This document shows, piece by piece, positions 12,301 through 25,934 of a stretch of 60,032 bases of DNA. Origin of the DNA: Octopus bimaculoides (lineage: Eukaryota); assembly GCF_001194135.2 (NCBI RefSeq), contig NC_068991.1:40707994-40768025 (forward strand), read 5' to 3'. The position numbers and the translations under genes were made by a program. Within the stretch, counting starts at the first letter, position 1. The number at the start of each line of letters is the position of its first letter. The notes below the pieces were generated by a model that had not been told where the DNA came from, ran no database searches, and was given only the letters and a program-made list of their open reading frames with translations.

Positions 12301-15300
12301 GTACCTGTAATTCAAGACTACCGAACATTGTCATAGAGTGTCATATTGAACCTGCTTGATAATTACATTTTTTGTCTGTGGAAAACTCAGCCACTTACAC
12401 TATACTGCAGAAAGTATTTATATGAAATATAAATGGGGAGTGATTGTGAAACAGATATGCTGAGACAAGATAAATTAGATTCCTTAAATTTGAATAATTA
12501 CTTTTAACATTTACTCACTAACAATGACTTTCATGTTATGCTTTCTTTATTACAAATATTATCTTTTTTGTAAAGATTCCCACTCTCAAGAATTGGCTTT
12601 ATCACAAACCAAATGGGAGAAACTTAATGAGACTCAGTGTGCTAACATAAGCAACTATGAGAAAATTGTGACTGAGAAAGAACATCAGGTTGCAGACATT
12701 CAACAGCAACTGTTGACTGAAAAGGAAGCCAATGCTGAGCTTGAAAAATATCTTGCTTCAAGCAAAGTAAGTTTATTTGATTCATCTCTCTTTAGAAAAG
12801 ATTCATTTGTTTGATTTTTCAAAAAAAAAACCCTTTTGATTCATGGTGAAATTGGTGCAGTGGTTGAGAAGATTGAGGTTTGGTTGTATCATGTTAACAT
12901 GCTAGAAGGGTTGAGTGGAAATTTTAAAAAAGCAGTGTATCAGTTCGTATTATCATCTTCATTATTGCCAATGCTAATGTTGTTATCATTAGGAAAACCA
13001 TGGAGAAGAGATTAAGAAACTAAATACCATCATAAATGAAGCTAAAGAAGAGTACCACCAGCTGAAAAAGAAGATCAGCAAAACTGAAGTTTTTTTCCAC
13101 AGCAGGGAACAGAAGTTAATCACAGATCACACCAAGACTTTGTCCAAAGCTGAAGAAATGAATGCTTCTTTGGCCACTCGCTTACATATTTCCCACAAAG
13201 AGTCAGAGATATTTAAAAAGAAGCATGAAAATATATCTGCTGAGGTAATTTTTTAATTTTTTACTAAGTTTCAGTCATTGAACTGCAGCCATGAGAGTAT
13301 ATCGCCTTTACCAGCTTCTTAACTAATTATAACTCGCATAACTGTTATAAATCAGATATTCCCCTTACAAAACTAATTTGAAATATCTTTCAATAAGTAT
13401 GTTATGAAACGTAATAAATTTTAAAAAATTTTTTTTTTTTTTCACAAAATATGTTTGGTAAATAGGTCTTATGCAATGTTGTATATACCAGAAAATATGC
13501 AAAGTATTGGATACCAACAAAATATTCATCTGTTGTTCAGTGCTGACATTACTCTTTCTACAGCAGTCATTTATACTCTCTGGTAGTAGTCAGAAGTACT
13601 GGGTTGTTGAAGGTTAAATGTCTTAGTCATATACTTTACCTGTCAAGTTGGTTTTACAGTATATTTTTGACCCAATAATCTGTAGGCTATAGTAAATATA
13701 CTGTATGAAAACAAAACACAACACTGTTTTCAATATTTCAACTGTTATTTTTTTCTCCAGGTGGAAAATATCAAAGAAGAACTAAAGACAACCAAACTAG
13801 AGAAGCAGGCTGTTGTTGCTAAATTACAAGACTATGAAGTGTTTTATCTACAGAAAGAAGAAGAATTCTCTGACGTAAAACACAAACTTGAAATGGAAGT
13901 AACAAAGGTAGTAGCTGAGTGATTAATAAGTTGTACTCCTGTACTAGGTTTTGCATAGTTCATCACTATTGTTGTATTGCTAGATAGGTTTTGTTTATGC
14001 TTCGTAAACATTTATGTTACATAACTGGAAACGTTATTTGTCTTCCCCATACACACATTTATATGGGCATGTCTGCTTGAAATTCATGGGTGCGTGTTGT
14101 ATGCTTGCATGTGTGTGAATATGTTTTTTTGTGTGGTTGTGAGTTCCATAACCAGTTGGGTCTGTGGGCTATTGGTAAAGGTTTCCTATTAATATAGTGT
14201 ATAAGGCAGCAAGCTGGCAGAATTGTTAGCATGCTGGGTGAAATGCTTAGTGGTATTTCATCTGTTTTCATGTTCTGAGTTCAAATTCTACCGAGGTCAA
14301 CTTTGCCTTTTGTCCTTTTAGGAGCGATAAAGTACCAGTTGAGTACTGGGATCAATGCAATCAACTTACCTCCTCCCCAAAATTTGAATTCAATATATTG
14401 TATTGAAAATATGTTGACTTGGAAAAACCTTTCATTTCTGTAGGCTATACCTACAGTTGTTAAAGTCAATATTGCAATCTAACTAAATATACATCAACTT
14501 TGTCTCCCACTGTTAACTGCACTGTATTATTTCTACCTTGTGGTGCCAATTAACATCTGACTGACTGATTTACTTAATCAAGTTTCTGCTTGTGGACTGA
14601 ACCCTATGCCAGTAACGTGATACAAACCACCAACTTTTGGATACTTCTCTGATATCTCTATTCATTTATTGACTATAAGCTTAGTGCACCAAAGTATGCT
14701 TCTATGATTGAAACCTGTACTTGTCTTGATGTGAAATAAAACTCAGCAGAATACATTCCAATTACCTGGATCATTAGGTTTCTGAAGCACCAAACGCTGT
14801 TAGATATTGCTTAACTTTCTGTGTAACCTTGCTGTTCTGCTGAGAGACCACAGTTGGTAAAAAAATTATCTGATCCCTTTCTTGTAAGGCAAGAAGCATT
14901 TCCTATTTGACTGTAAGTTCAGTATAGCTGTTGGCTTCAGCGGAACCTGATGAGAGGAAATGGTTTAGAAACTAGTGGTTCTATACCATTTTGCCGACAA
15001 GTTGAGATATACTGAAGATTCATTCTATAGCAAGAGGAATATGGTTCAGATATACTTTCATAATAGAAGACCACTCAACTACATTGATATTATTGGTTGA
15101 AGCACACATGTAACTGAGTATCTACCAGAGCTAATTGGGGATAGAGATTCCTGGTATAGCATCGTGAGATGCATCTCAGTTGTAAACACTTAAAGAAGAA
15201 TGCTTTCTTGTACTGGATTTTAAAATTTTCATGTTTGTTGTAATGAGTATTTGTCTTCGTAAAAAATACTGTGAACAGAACATTGGTTGTAGTTTACCCA

Positions 15301-15978
15301 AAACACATGAAAAAAAAAATGAATTTAGTTATAAACAATCACCTGCATATAAACAATTAAAACTGCTTGGGTTTGATATACAAAATATATGTACCTGTAT
15401 ATATGTAAATAAAGAGAAGCAAGGATTGAAAATTTCAAATGATGAATACTCAATTATAAATATATAGATATTTATATATTAACAGAGCAAATTTACACAG
15501 AGTACAAAGACACAGAAAATTAAAGGGGAGAAGGTATGGTGTTACAAGTCCAACAGCTGTTTCTGGGGAGGGCTCAGAGGTAATTCATAATATTGGCAGA
15601 TGTAGTTCAGCAAAAGTTTTCTATATTGGGAATCTCTGGATCTCATCTGTTGACTCTTTATACACTTGAGTTCATACTTTGTTTTACATATTTAATAAGT
15701 TTAATGCCCTTTCAATTAGCAACCAACCACACTAACAGAGAAAGCCAAAGACATCTTAAAATACCACCACAACAACAGTTATTACTTTGGGTGTGTAGCC
15801 CCAAGAGGTGGTACTCTAGCATGGCCTTAACCACAATAGCTGAAACAAATGAAAGAAATATCTGTACATTCATATCAGTTTTATATTTTAGATCTCTTCA
15901 CCTATTGACTATTCTGTGGAATGATTAACTGTGGAGGATATAGAGAAAGGAACACTAATATAAAGACATGATGCTGGT

Positions 15979-16009
<31 letters not shown>

Positions 16010-19000
16010 GCATTCGCTGGTCTCGAGAGGCCATGGATCTGTGCCAGAAAGAAATCATGTCAGCTGCTGATAGCAGTGCAGCATTTGTTGTGGCTGTACA
16101 GGCCCACACAGGAGTGGCAGTCACACATACAGTGACTGCATTTGAAGGAACTCTCTGCTGGCACTACTGGTTTTTCCTTCTGTTGAGTGTGCTTTTCTTT
16201 GGTGGTGAGTCCCTGTTTTTCTTCTGTTCTCTTCATCCACTTTCGCAGTATTTGTCTCCAGTGTGGGTGATCATTTGCAACCTCCTCCCATCTCAAGATG
16301 TCCAGATCAAGTGACTTCATATCCCTCTTACAGACGTCCTTGAAACAAAGATGAGGTCCTGCTCTTGTGCTGGTGGTCAATTCCTCATACAGGAGGTCTT
16401 TGGGGTTCCTTCTGTCTGGTATGCAAAGTGTATGATCAAGCCAGCACGAACGATGCTGCTGGAGCAGGGTGAGAATGCTGAGCATCTTGGCTTGGTTGAG
16501 GACTCTGGTGATGTGGTTGGTCCACTTGATAGCCAAGATACGTCACAAATTATAAAGGTGAAAGACATTGAGACATCGCCCCTGTCTGGAGTAGAGGCTC
16601 CACGTCAGTGGCAGCTCATAGATAAAATTAATGGGGGTGCTGCTCCAGAAAATTTTTAGTCGTTGTTTTAATATTGTGTAAAAAGAAACAAACATATAAA
16701 AAGAAAATTTATACATAAACTTGATTGGTTCACATTTCAGCCGCTGCCAGGTAGTGTGTTTAATTTGTTCACTGAATACTGCTGTGAATTCCCCCTTGTT
16801 TTTCAAAAATCACCCCTAAATCACAAAATAAGTGAGGAAAATCTGCCCTATTTTTCAAGTCCTGGCAGCAACACTGAAGCTGGAAGCAGGATAATAATCT
16901 GGTTCTACACTTTATCACATTTAAGAATATAAACACGTTTTTAAGCACAACACACACGGAGTCAAAAAGTCATAAAGCTTCCTATCTCAGATATGTGAGC
17001 ATGCACACAACAGCCAAACACCACATCGCTGGAACTCTAAAGTGCACAGTTCTATACAAGGATTTTTGTATTTTTTTCATAAACTAGGGGATGGCTACTG
17101 ACATTAAGCTTAAGGATTATATAATGTACAAGTATAAAGAAAAAATTAAAGAAAAGAGGACTCGTTATATTCAATGTTATCGATAATATCAAGTGGAAAT
17201 AGAGGGTGCTGTAGTTCCGCAGTACTTATACATGAGCTGTCACTGCCATAAAGTAGTGTGCTAAGGACACATGCTTTATAGACAGCAATCTCCGTTTTAG
17301 CAGCCAGTTTTTTTGTTTTCCCAGACTCTCTTTGTGAGCCTGGAAAATGTGGAGGATGCTTGTTCAATTTACCTGTTGTTCTTGGGGTCTAGGGAGAAGT
17401 CATCAGCAATGGTAGAGCTGAGATACGTGAATTGATGGACTACCTCCAGCTTGTAGTTGTTGATGGTGGTGGGGTGCTTGACACTTTGGCCCATTACTTG
17501 CGTCTTCTTCAGGCTGAATTCCTGACAGGCCTGTGAAAGTTTGTCCACGAGGTGCTGCATTTGCTCTTCAGAGTGCACTGTCAGTGCTGCGTCATCTGCA
17601 AACAGCATTTCTCTGACAAGTACCTGGTGCACCCTGGATTTTGCTTTCAGCCTCGACAGACTAAACAGTTTGCCACTTGGTGTGGGAGTAAACACCATCA
17701 GTTGAAGTCCCAAATGCATGTTTTGGCATGACTGCAAAGAAGACACCAAACAGGGCGGGGGCAAGCACATGGCCCTGCTTCATGCCGCTATGTAAGTAGA
17801 ATGTCAGTACAAAACCAGGTTATATCAGATCACATTAAGTTATTTTCAGTTGATAGGAAGTTAACAGTAATAGGGAGCATAGTTTTTATTTTCATTTTCA
17901 CTAAGAATTTGTATTAAAAAAATCAATTGTAGTTAGGCCTTACGTGACATATTGCAAATAATGCTGAACAAGATAGACACAGAACTGCAAAGAAATTCAG
18001 GTGTATAAATATCAATGATGTATTTATATATGTGTGCTCATGTATGTAATGTGTGTGTGTATGTAATATATGTATGTATGCTCACACAAATAATCTTTCA
18101 AAATGCGATTCAAAAAGGAAAAAATTTGCACAATGCATTATTGTCCAAAAGCTGCAGGAAAATTGTTTTAAAGCCTGGCAACTTTTCATCAAACCCTTTG
18201 TATTTTCAGCTCAATGAGAAATATTCAGAGTCTCGGTTTGCAACTGAGAAACTTGAGAAATTAGTAGAACACTACAAGACACACGAGCATAACCTCCTTA
18301 CCAAGGTGAATGAGCGTGATGCTGAAGAAAAGAAGAATAATGAACGATTGATGAAGAAAGTGATGGAGTTAGAGAAGGAGAAATACTCAATCTCGGAGAT
18401 ACTGAAGAAAGAGCAGAATAACTTCCAAGAAACTTGTATGATTATTATTATTATTATTGTTAGACAACAAAATGAGCATGGTGCATTTTGCAATAGATTG
18501 ATTATTTAACAGTTTGACCAATATTTCAAGAGACTGTCTTCTTCAGGTTCAAAATGTAAAAGGCAAATAACTGCAGAAACACAGAAATTCAAAATATAAA
18601 TGAGAAAATCCTGCATTGCTTCAGTTTTCACTTTCATAACTGGTAAAAGGAAAAAGAAGAAAGAAAAAAATAGGAAAATAATATTTAATTAAACAGTTTA
18701 TGTATAAATGTAATGAAATTCACCTGTCATTTTATTCATTCCTTCAGGGCATGATTTAAGTAATTCACTACACTTTCAGTTCTCAAAATGCATGAAGACA
18801 AATATATTTGTGAATTACTAACCTCATGCCCTGATGGAATGAATAAAATGACAGCTAAATATTTTTTTCCTATTTTTTCTTTTTTTCTTTTTGATTTTTT
18901 CTTTTACCAGTTATGAAAGTGAAAATTGATGATGTCATTCTATCAAAATAGCAACACAGGATTTCCTCATTTATATTTTAAATTTCTCTGTTACTGCAGT

Positions 19001-21426
19001 TATTTTCATTTTACATTTTGAGCCTGAAGAAGACAGATGATCTGTTGAAATACTGTTCAAACTGTTAAATAAACAATCTATTGCAAATCGCATCATGCTC
19101 TTCTTAGTGTCTATTTACTTTTGTAAAGAGTTATGTCAATCTTTTATAAATTATTATTATTAAGGTGGAAAACTGGCAGAATCGTTAGCCTGCTGGACAA
19201 AATGCTTAGCGGTATTTCACCCATCTCTATGTTCTGAGTTCAAATTCCGTAGTGGTCGACTTTACCTTTCATCCTTTCGGGGTCGATAAATTAAGTACCA
19301 GTGAAACACAGGGGTTCATGTAATCAACTAGTCCCCTACCCACAAATTTCAGAACTTGTGCCTTTTGTAGAAAAGACTATTATTATTAAGGCAGCGAGCT
19401 GGCAGAATCGTTAGCATGCTGGGCTAAATACTTTGGTATTTTGTCCATCCTTATGTTCTGAGTTCAATTGCTGCCAAAGTCAACGTTATCTTTCATCCTT
19501 TCGGGGTTGATAAAATAAGTACCAGTCAAGCACTGGTGTTGCTGATATTGATTTATCCCTACCCAGAAACTGCTGACCTTGTGCCAAAATTTGAAATCAT
19601 TATTATTATTATTATTATTCTTAGGGTGGCAAGCTGGCAGAATCATTACTGTGCCAAGGAAAATGTTTAGCGGCATTTCTTCTGACTTTACATTCTAAGT
19701 TCAAATTCTGCCAAGGTCAACTTTACAACCAGCTAACCCCATCCCTGCAAAATTTCAGGCCTTGTGCCTGTAGTAGAAAGGATTACTCTTGTTGTTATTG
19801 TCAAGGCAGTAGAGCTGCAGAATTGTCAGAGCATTGGAGAAAATGCTTTGTGGTATTTATTCCTGCTCTGTACTTTGAGTTTAAATTCTGCTGAGGTTGA
19901 GTTTGCCTTTCAGCCTTTGAGGGTTGATAAAAATTAAGTAGCCATCAAGTGGTGGGTATTGACTAGCACCTACCCTTCAAGATTACTAACCTTGTGCTTA
20001 TATCAGAAATCATTATTATTATTATTATTATTAAGGCAGTGAGCTGGCAGAATTTTAAATTAAATATCCGTGAAACACCAGTGTCGGTGTAATCGACTAA
20101 TCTCCGCCCTGAAAATTTCAGGCTTTTTGCCTATAGCAGAAAGGATTATTATTAAAGCAGTGAGCTGGCAGAATCATTAGCATGCCAGGCAAAATGTTTA
20201 GCAGTATTTCATCTGTTTTTACATTCTGAGTTCAAATTCTGCCAAGGTTCACTTGGCCCTTTTATCCTTTCGGGGGTCAATAAAATAAGCTCCAATTGAG
20301 CACTGGGTCAATGTAATCAACTTGCCCACTCCACTGAAATTGTTGGCCTTGTACCAAAATTTGAGACCATTATTATTATTAGTAGTAGTAGTAGCAGTAG
20401 CAGCAGCAGCAGCAGTAGCAGTAGTAGTAGTAAGGAGGCAAGCTGGCAGAATTGTTAGCATGACAGGAGAAATGCTTAGCAGTATTTTGTCTGTATTTAC
20501 GTTCTGAGTTCAAACTCTGTCGGGATCGACTTTGCCTTTCATCCTTTCAGTCATAAAAGTAAGTACCAGTTGAACACTGGGGTTGAATCAACTTAGCCCC
20601 TCCCTCAAACCTGCCGGCCTTGTGCCAAAATATGAAACCATGATTATTATTGTTATTATTATTAATGTTATAATTATTATTGGCATTAGAATATCAGACA
20701 AAATACCTAGTGGAACATCTGGTTCTTTACATTCTAAGATCAAATCCTGTCAAAGTTAACTTTGCCTTTCCTCCTTTTTGCCAGACAAGTACTATAATAA
20801 ATGCGACTAACCCCAACCCCCAAAATTTGAGGTCTTGTCCCTGTGTTGGAACTAATTATAGGGTTAGAGGATAAACCTTAGCACTAAAGACTGTTTCATA
20901 CTGTTGCTTTTTTCTTTTTCTTTTTTTTTTGTTTCTTCGTATGTTTGATCTTCAGAAAAGGCATGTTGAAAGTGAAGTTAGAAATAGTTACAATTTATAG
21001 TGTATACACACACACACATACATACATTTGGGTTATCTCTATTTCCAGATCTGTGTATTTGGATGATTCCTCTATTTTGATGAGAGCCATATCATCTGTT
21101 GGAGCTGATACTTCAGTTAAGTGCTACCTGTCACGTTTACTGTGACACACAACCTGTTAGTCACATTAGTTGAAACAGTATTCTTTGACTTGTTTCAGTC
21201 ATTTGACTGTGGCAATGCTGGAGCACTGCTTTGAATGTTTTTTTTTTTTAGTCAAATAAATCAACTGTAGGATTTTTTTTTAAAGCCTAGTACTTATCCT
21301 AATCGTCTCTCTTAACGAGCCACTAAGTTACAGGGATATAAACACGCCAACACCAGTTGTCAAGCAATGATGGGAGGACCGACACAAAGACACACAAACA
21401 TAGATACATACATACATATCTATCTA

Positions 21427-21469
<43 letters not shown>

Positions 21470-24065
21470 GTTTCTTTCAGTTTCCGTTTACCAAATCTAC
21501 TCACAAGTTTTGGTCACCCTGAGGCTATAATAGAAGACACTTGCCCAAGGTGCCACACAGTGGCACTGAACCATGTGGTTGAGAAGCAAGCTTCTTACCA
21601 CATACCACACAGAGCCATGCCTAGACACAAGATTAAATGTTTTGCATCATTATAAAAATCTCCCTTTTGAATTTAAATTTAAACCATTCACTACAGCTCT
21701 CTGAAGGAGAAATGAATTTTGACCCTTCAACTAGTTGCTCATCACTCTAGGAACTTGAGTAGCTGTGAATTTCATAAATATAAAGCTGTATTGTTATTTT
21801 AAGAATTGGACCATATTCTCAACACTTATTTTACTGTGTTTCATTTCCAGATAAAGAATGTAAAGATTTGAAGAGAAAAATTGTGACATTAAATGAACAG
21901 CTTGAGAAGGCAGAAATAGCATTGTTTAACAATTCTCAATCACTAAACTGGGCCAGTAAGTATGTGTAGCTTGTTTTACTTATTACATTTACTGACCAAA
22001 ATCACAATTAGCCAATGTTCCTCCTAGTGCACTTTTCTATGAGCATTAATGCATTACAATGATGGCATCTCACATCCATTAAGTCATACCACAACTACGA
22101 CAGGTTACATTGACGGCCAATTCCAGTATCAAGTCTATGTCATATTGTCTTGTAACATTCAACAGTTGTTTTGACAATTTCATTCTAAGCTATTGGTTGC
22201 TTGCTCTCCCTGAGCAAGTCCCTGATGTGCTTGACAATGCTGCTCAACATCTTGTTCTAAAACTGTTCGTGTTACTCTTGAGAACGTTATTATGCTTTTT
22301 ATGCTGTTCAGCATTTTGTGCCAACATACAGTCTCACAGCTCTTAAGAAGGTTGTTGCTGTATTTTACTGTTGCTCAGCATTTTGAGCAAAAATGCATAT
22401 TCACTGCTCTTGAGAAGTTGTTCTCATGCTTCTCTGTGTTATGCATTTTGTTTCAAAATATCTTCACACTGTTTGTGAAAATGTTATTCACATGCTTATC
22501 CATGTTGCACAACATGTTTGAGCCAAAATGCATTCTTGCTGCTCTTGAGAAAGTTGTCCTTGTCTTTGTTGAGCTGCATTTGCTTGCCTTCGTTTTCTGT
22601 TTCGTTCATTCTCTGTCTCCTTGCTTGGTACCATATTTCTGTTGCTTCTCTGCTGGAAATTTGCTTTGCTCATTCATATTTGGTCGTTCATTGAATAAAA
22701 TGTGCTTGAATAAACAGCAATTATGAAAAGAAAATTTATGAAATCTAAGTAAACCCCTTGGCTATCAGGTAATGAGTATTCTGAATATTAATTTTTCTCC
22801 TGACTAAAAGATTAAAAAAAAAATTATTTGAAAATCATCTTGCTCTGAAGATAGCATGTGATGGGTGTATGGTTAGACAGAGAAACACAGTTCTTATTGT
22901 AACATAGATTAGTCATAACATGAACAATTTTGATTTGGTAATTTTGTCTTTTAAATTTTAGACGACTCTTTGGAAAGCCCAGCCTCAAGCACAATGAAAA
23001 AAGCTCCTTATGAACTGAGGTCCAGAACCAGTAACACATGGAACAAGATGAAAGTAAAAGATTATAACATATCCCCAATAAGGTTGGTTGGCTAAACATT
23101 TGATTATATCACTCAAGTTTATTTCTATCTACAACTTAGGCTGTATAGTATTTCATAGAATTTTCATCTATGGTTTACAGTCCAGCTTGGGATACTTTTA
23201 TGTTGCTAATGCAAGAGCATTGAATATTAGCATAATCATTAAACCAGCTTTTATTCTCTCATACACTCTCACAAACTCCATCCACCTGCACTCCCACCCT
23301 CTCTTCTATAATGTTAGTACCCATGTAAATGTAGCTCCTCTGCTGCAAAAAACCTTTTCTTTTCTGTGTCCCCTTCTCTACTGTAGTCTCACTCAATCAA
23401 AGGGATTTTAGTCTTTTAAGCTGCATTACAATCTCACTAGTACTGGTGCCACAACAAGAGCACTTATTACTTGCTGTAAACTGACAGATATTAGGAAGGG
23501 CATCCAGCCATAGAAACCATGCCAAAGCAGACATTGGAGCACAATTCAGTCTTTGGACCTGTCAGATCCTGGGAAACCATTCTGTCCATGCCAGTGTGGA
23601 ATATAGACGTTATGTGTTGATGCTTGATAATGACTAGAACACCAGATAAAATATTTCAGTATTTATTGACATGCTTTTGACTTCTGAGTTCATATTAGAA
23701 CAAGGTCAATTTTACTATTAATTCTTCTAGGATTAATAAAGTACCATTCAAGCACTGTGATTTATTTAACTGACTCTTTCTTCCAAAATTTGTGGTTCTA
23801 TGCATCATCACCATCATTGTTTTAACATTCACTTTTCTGTGCTTGCATGGGTTAGCTGGAGTTTATTGAGGCAGATTTACTATGATCAGATGCTCTTCCT
23901 GTCACCAACTCATATCTGTTTCCAAGCAAGGTAATACAAGGTAGGCCAAAAGTCACACAAAAAAAGTTCAATACACTCCAGAATTGTCGAAGACATGCTT
24001 CAATTTTTCTAAAATTGAATGAAATAATGATGAATACCCACATACTTGTACTTAATGAACAAAAC

Positions 24066-24100
<35 letters not shown>

Positions 24101-25839
24101 AGTTTCGGTGCATGACTTTTGGCCTGCCTTGTATATTTACACATTTTCATCGAATGCTGGAAATGAACAACATTCGTTTACAACAATCATGCATAGTCAA
24201 GACACAAACACACATTCACATAAATACATATATACGATGGGCATCTACTAAATCCACTCAAAAGGCTTTGGTCAGCCTGGGGCTATAGTAGAAGACACTT
24301 GCACAAAGTGCCATATAGTGGGACTGAACCTGAAACCATGTGGCTGGGAAGCAAACTGCTTAACCAGACAACCATACCTGCATCTCTTGTCCATGTAAGA
24401 ATTTTTTATCATTTCCTATGTGTTTCCTTTATTTTTTCCACTTGATATTTAAGTAAGGTTATTCTTTACAGCATTTTAAACAGTTGATGTATTATTTAAT
24501 CTCTTCCAGTGTGTATAGTACTTCAAGCATAAAGTCAGTTGCTTCAAATGCCTCTACTTCATCAAGGACACCAGTACCTTGTAAGTATCCATCTACTCAG
24601 ACTAATTGCTCAATTGTTATTTCCCTTCCTTTCATCACTCTTCTGAGTGAAAGAGAATTGATGAAAAGAATACTGAAACTAAGTAAATCCTTCATAAACA
24701 CACTCTTACTCTCCATTGATTTTTTTTTGTGTGTATAGCTTAACAAAAGCTATAACTAGTGATCCCACAAGAACAACAGCTCTCACTTCACATATTGAAG
24801 TAAGCAAAAAGAAAATGAACAAGAGTATGTTTATGAAAGATTTATTTAGTTTCATTTGGTTGAATACATCTGGGCGAAAGCAATAGGTCATCTTGTTCTT
24901 AGGAGAAATCCCAACTAACTGGAAGTTCTCTTCACCGCATACCAGCTAACCCACAGCAAAGTTCCTGTCTACAATTCGTCTGTTATAAGTCCTTGAGCAG
25001 TACCCTACAATACCAAAAATATACTTGACTATCCACTATTGGAGTTCAGTATAGTATTTTTGATAGTTGAAACCCCAGATTATACAAAAGTTAGCCCCCT
25101 GAAAAAAATTTCCATTGTCTAGAACTATTCCTCTTTTGGTTCATCTAAATTAGGCATGGGTAACCTTTATTGAAAAGTGGATTGCATGAGACATGACTCG
25201 TCATCAGGTGGGTCACACTAAAAATTTCAAGGTTATTTTTCATTAGACATTCCATTCAGAAAGTCCTGCAGATTGCTCATGGCTGATCTAAATATTGGAT
25301 GTCTTGATACTTTTGTCAGTCAGCAGATTTCACTGTATGCTAAGGTGCTGGTGCACTGAATGCAAGCTCATAAATTTAAATCTTACATCACAATGCTGGA
25401 AATCTACCTGTTTATTGAGTCCCTAATAAACAGTTCAATTCCACGTTCTATAGCTTGAATGAGTCTGCTTGGTGGAGTAACAGCTCTTTCTCCAAAATAT
25501 AACCATAAGAAACTTTCAATTCACTTCTGCAGACTATTTAAAACACCTCCTTGATTGCAACTTTCGTGGAAGCAAACTCAAATATACACAAACACATGCA
25601 TTCATCTTCTTTCCTATGATTGTATGGGTCAGACAAAAGTTCATTAGAGCAGTTCTCTATGGTCAGATGCCCTTCCTGATACCACTTGTTTCCTGGTGAA
25701 GTAATAAGCTCCTAGTCTACAAGACAATAGCACAGACATAGTTACACAAAGAACTGGAAACCAACAACACCATGTACATAAACAACAAGGTCATTGTTTA
25801 TAGCCAGCAAACACACATGAAGATAGGGGAAAATATGAA

Positions 25840-25934
<95 letters not shown>

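Noticed and set aside
19160-20860. CRISPR-like repeat-spacer array
   Set aside because: Units are ~200-bp SINEs with microsatellite tails; no short identical repeats, unique spacers or cas genes; eukaryotic context.
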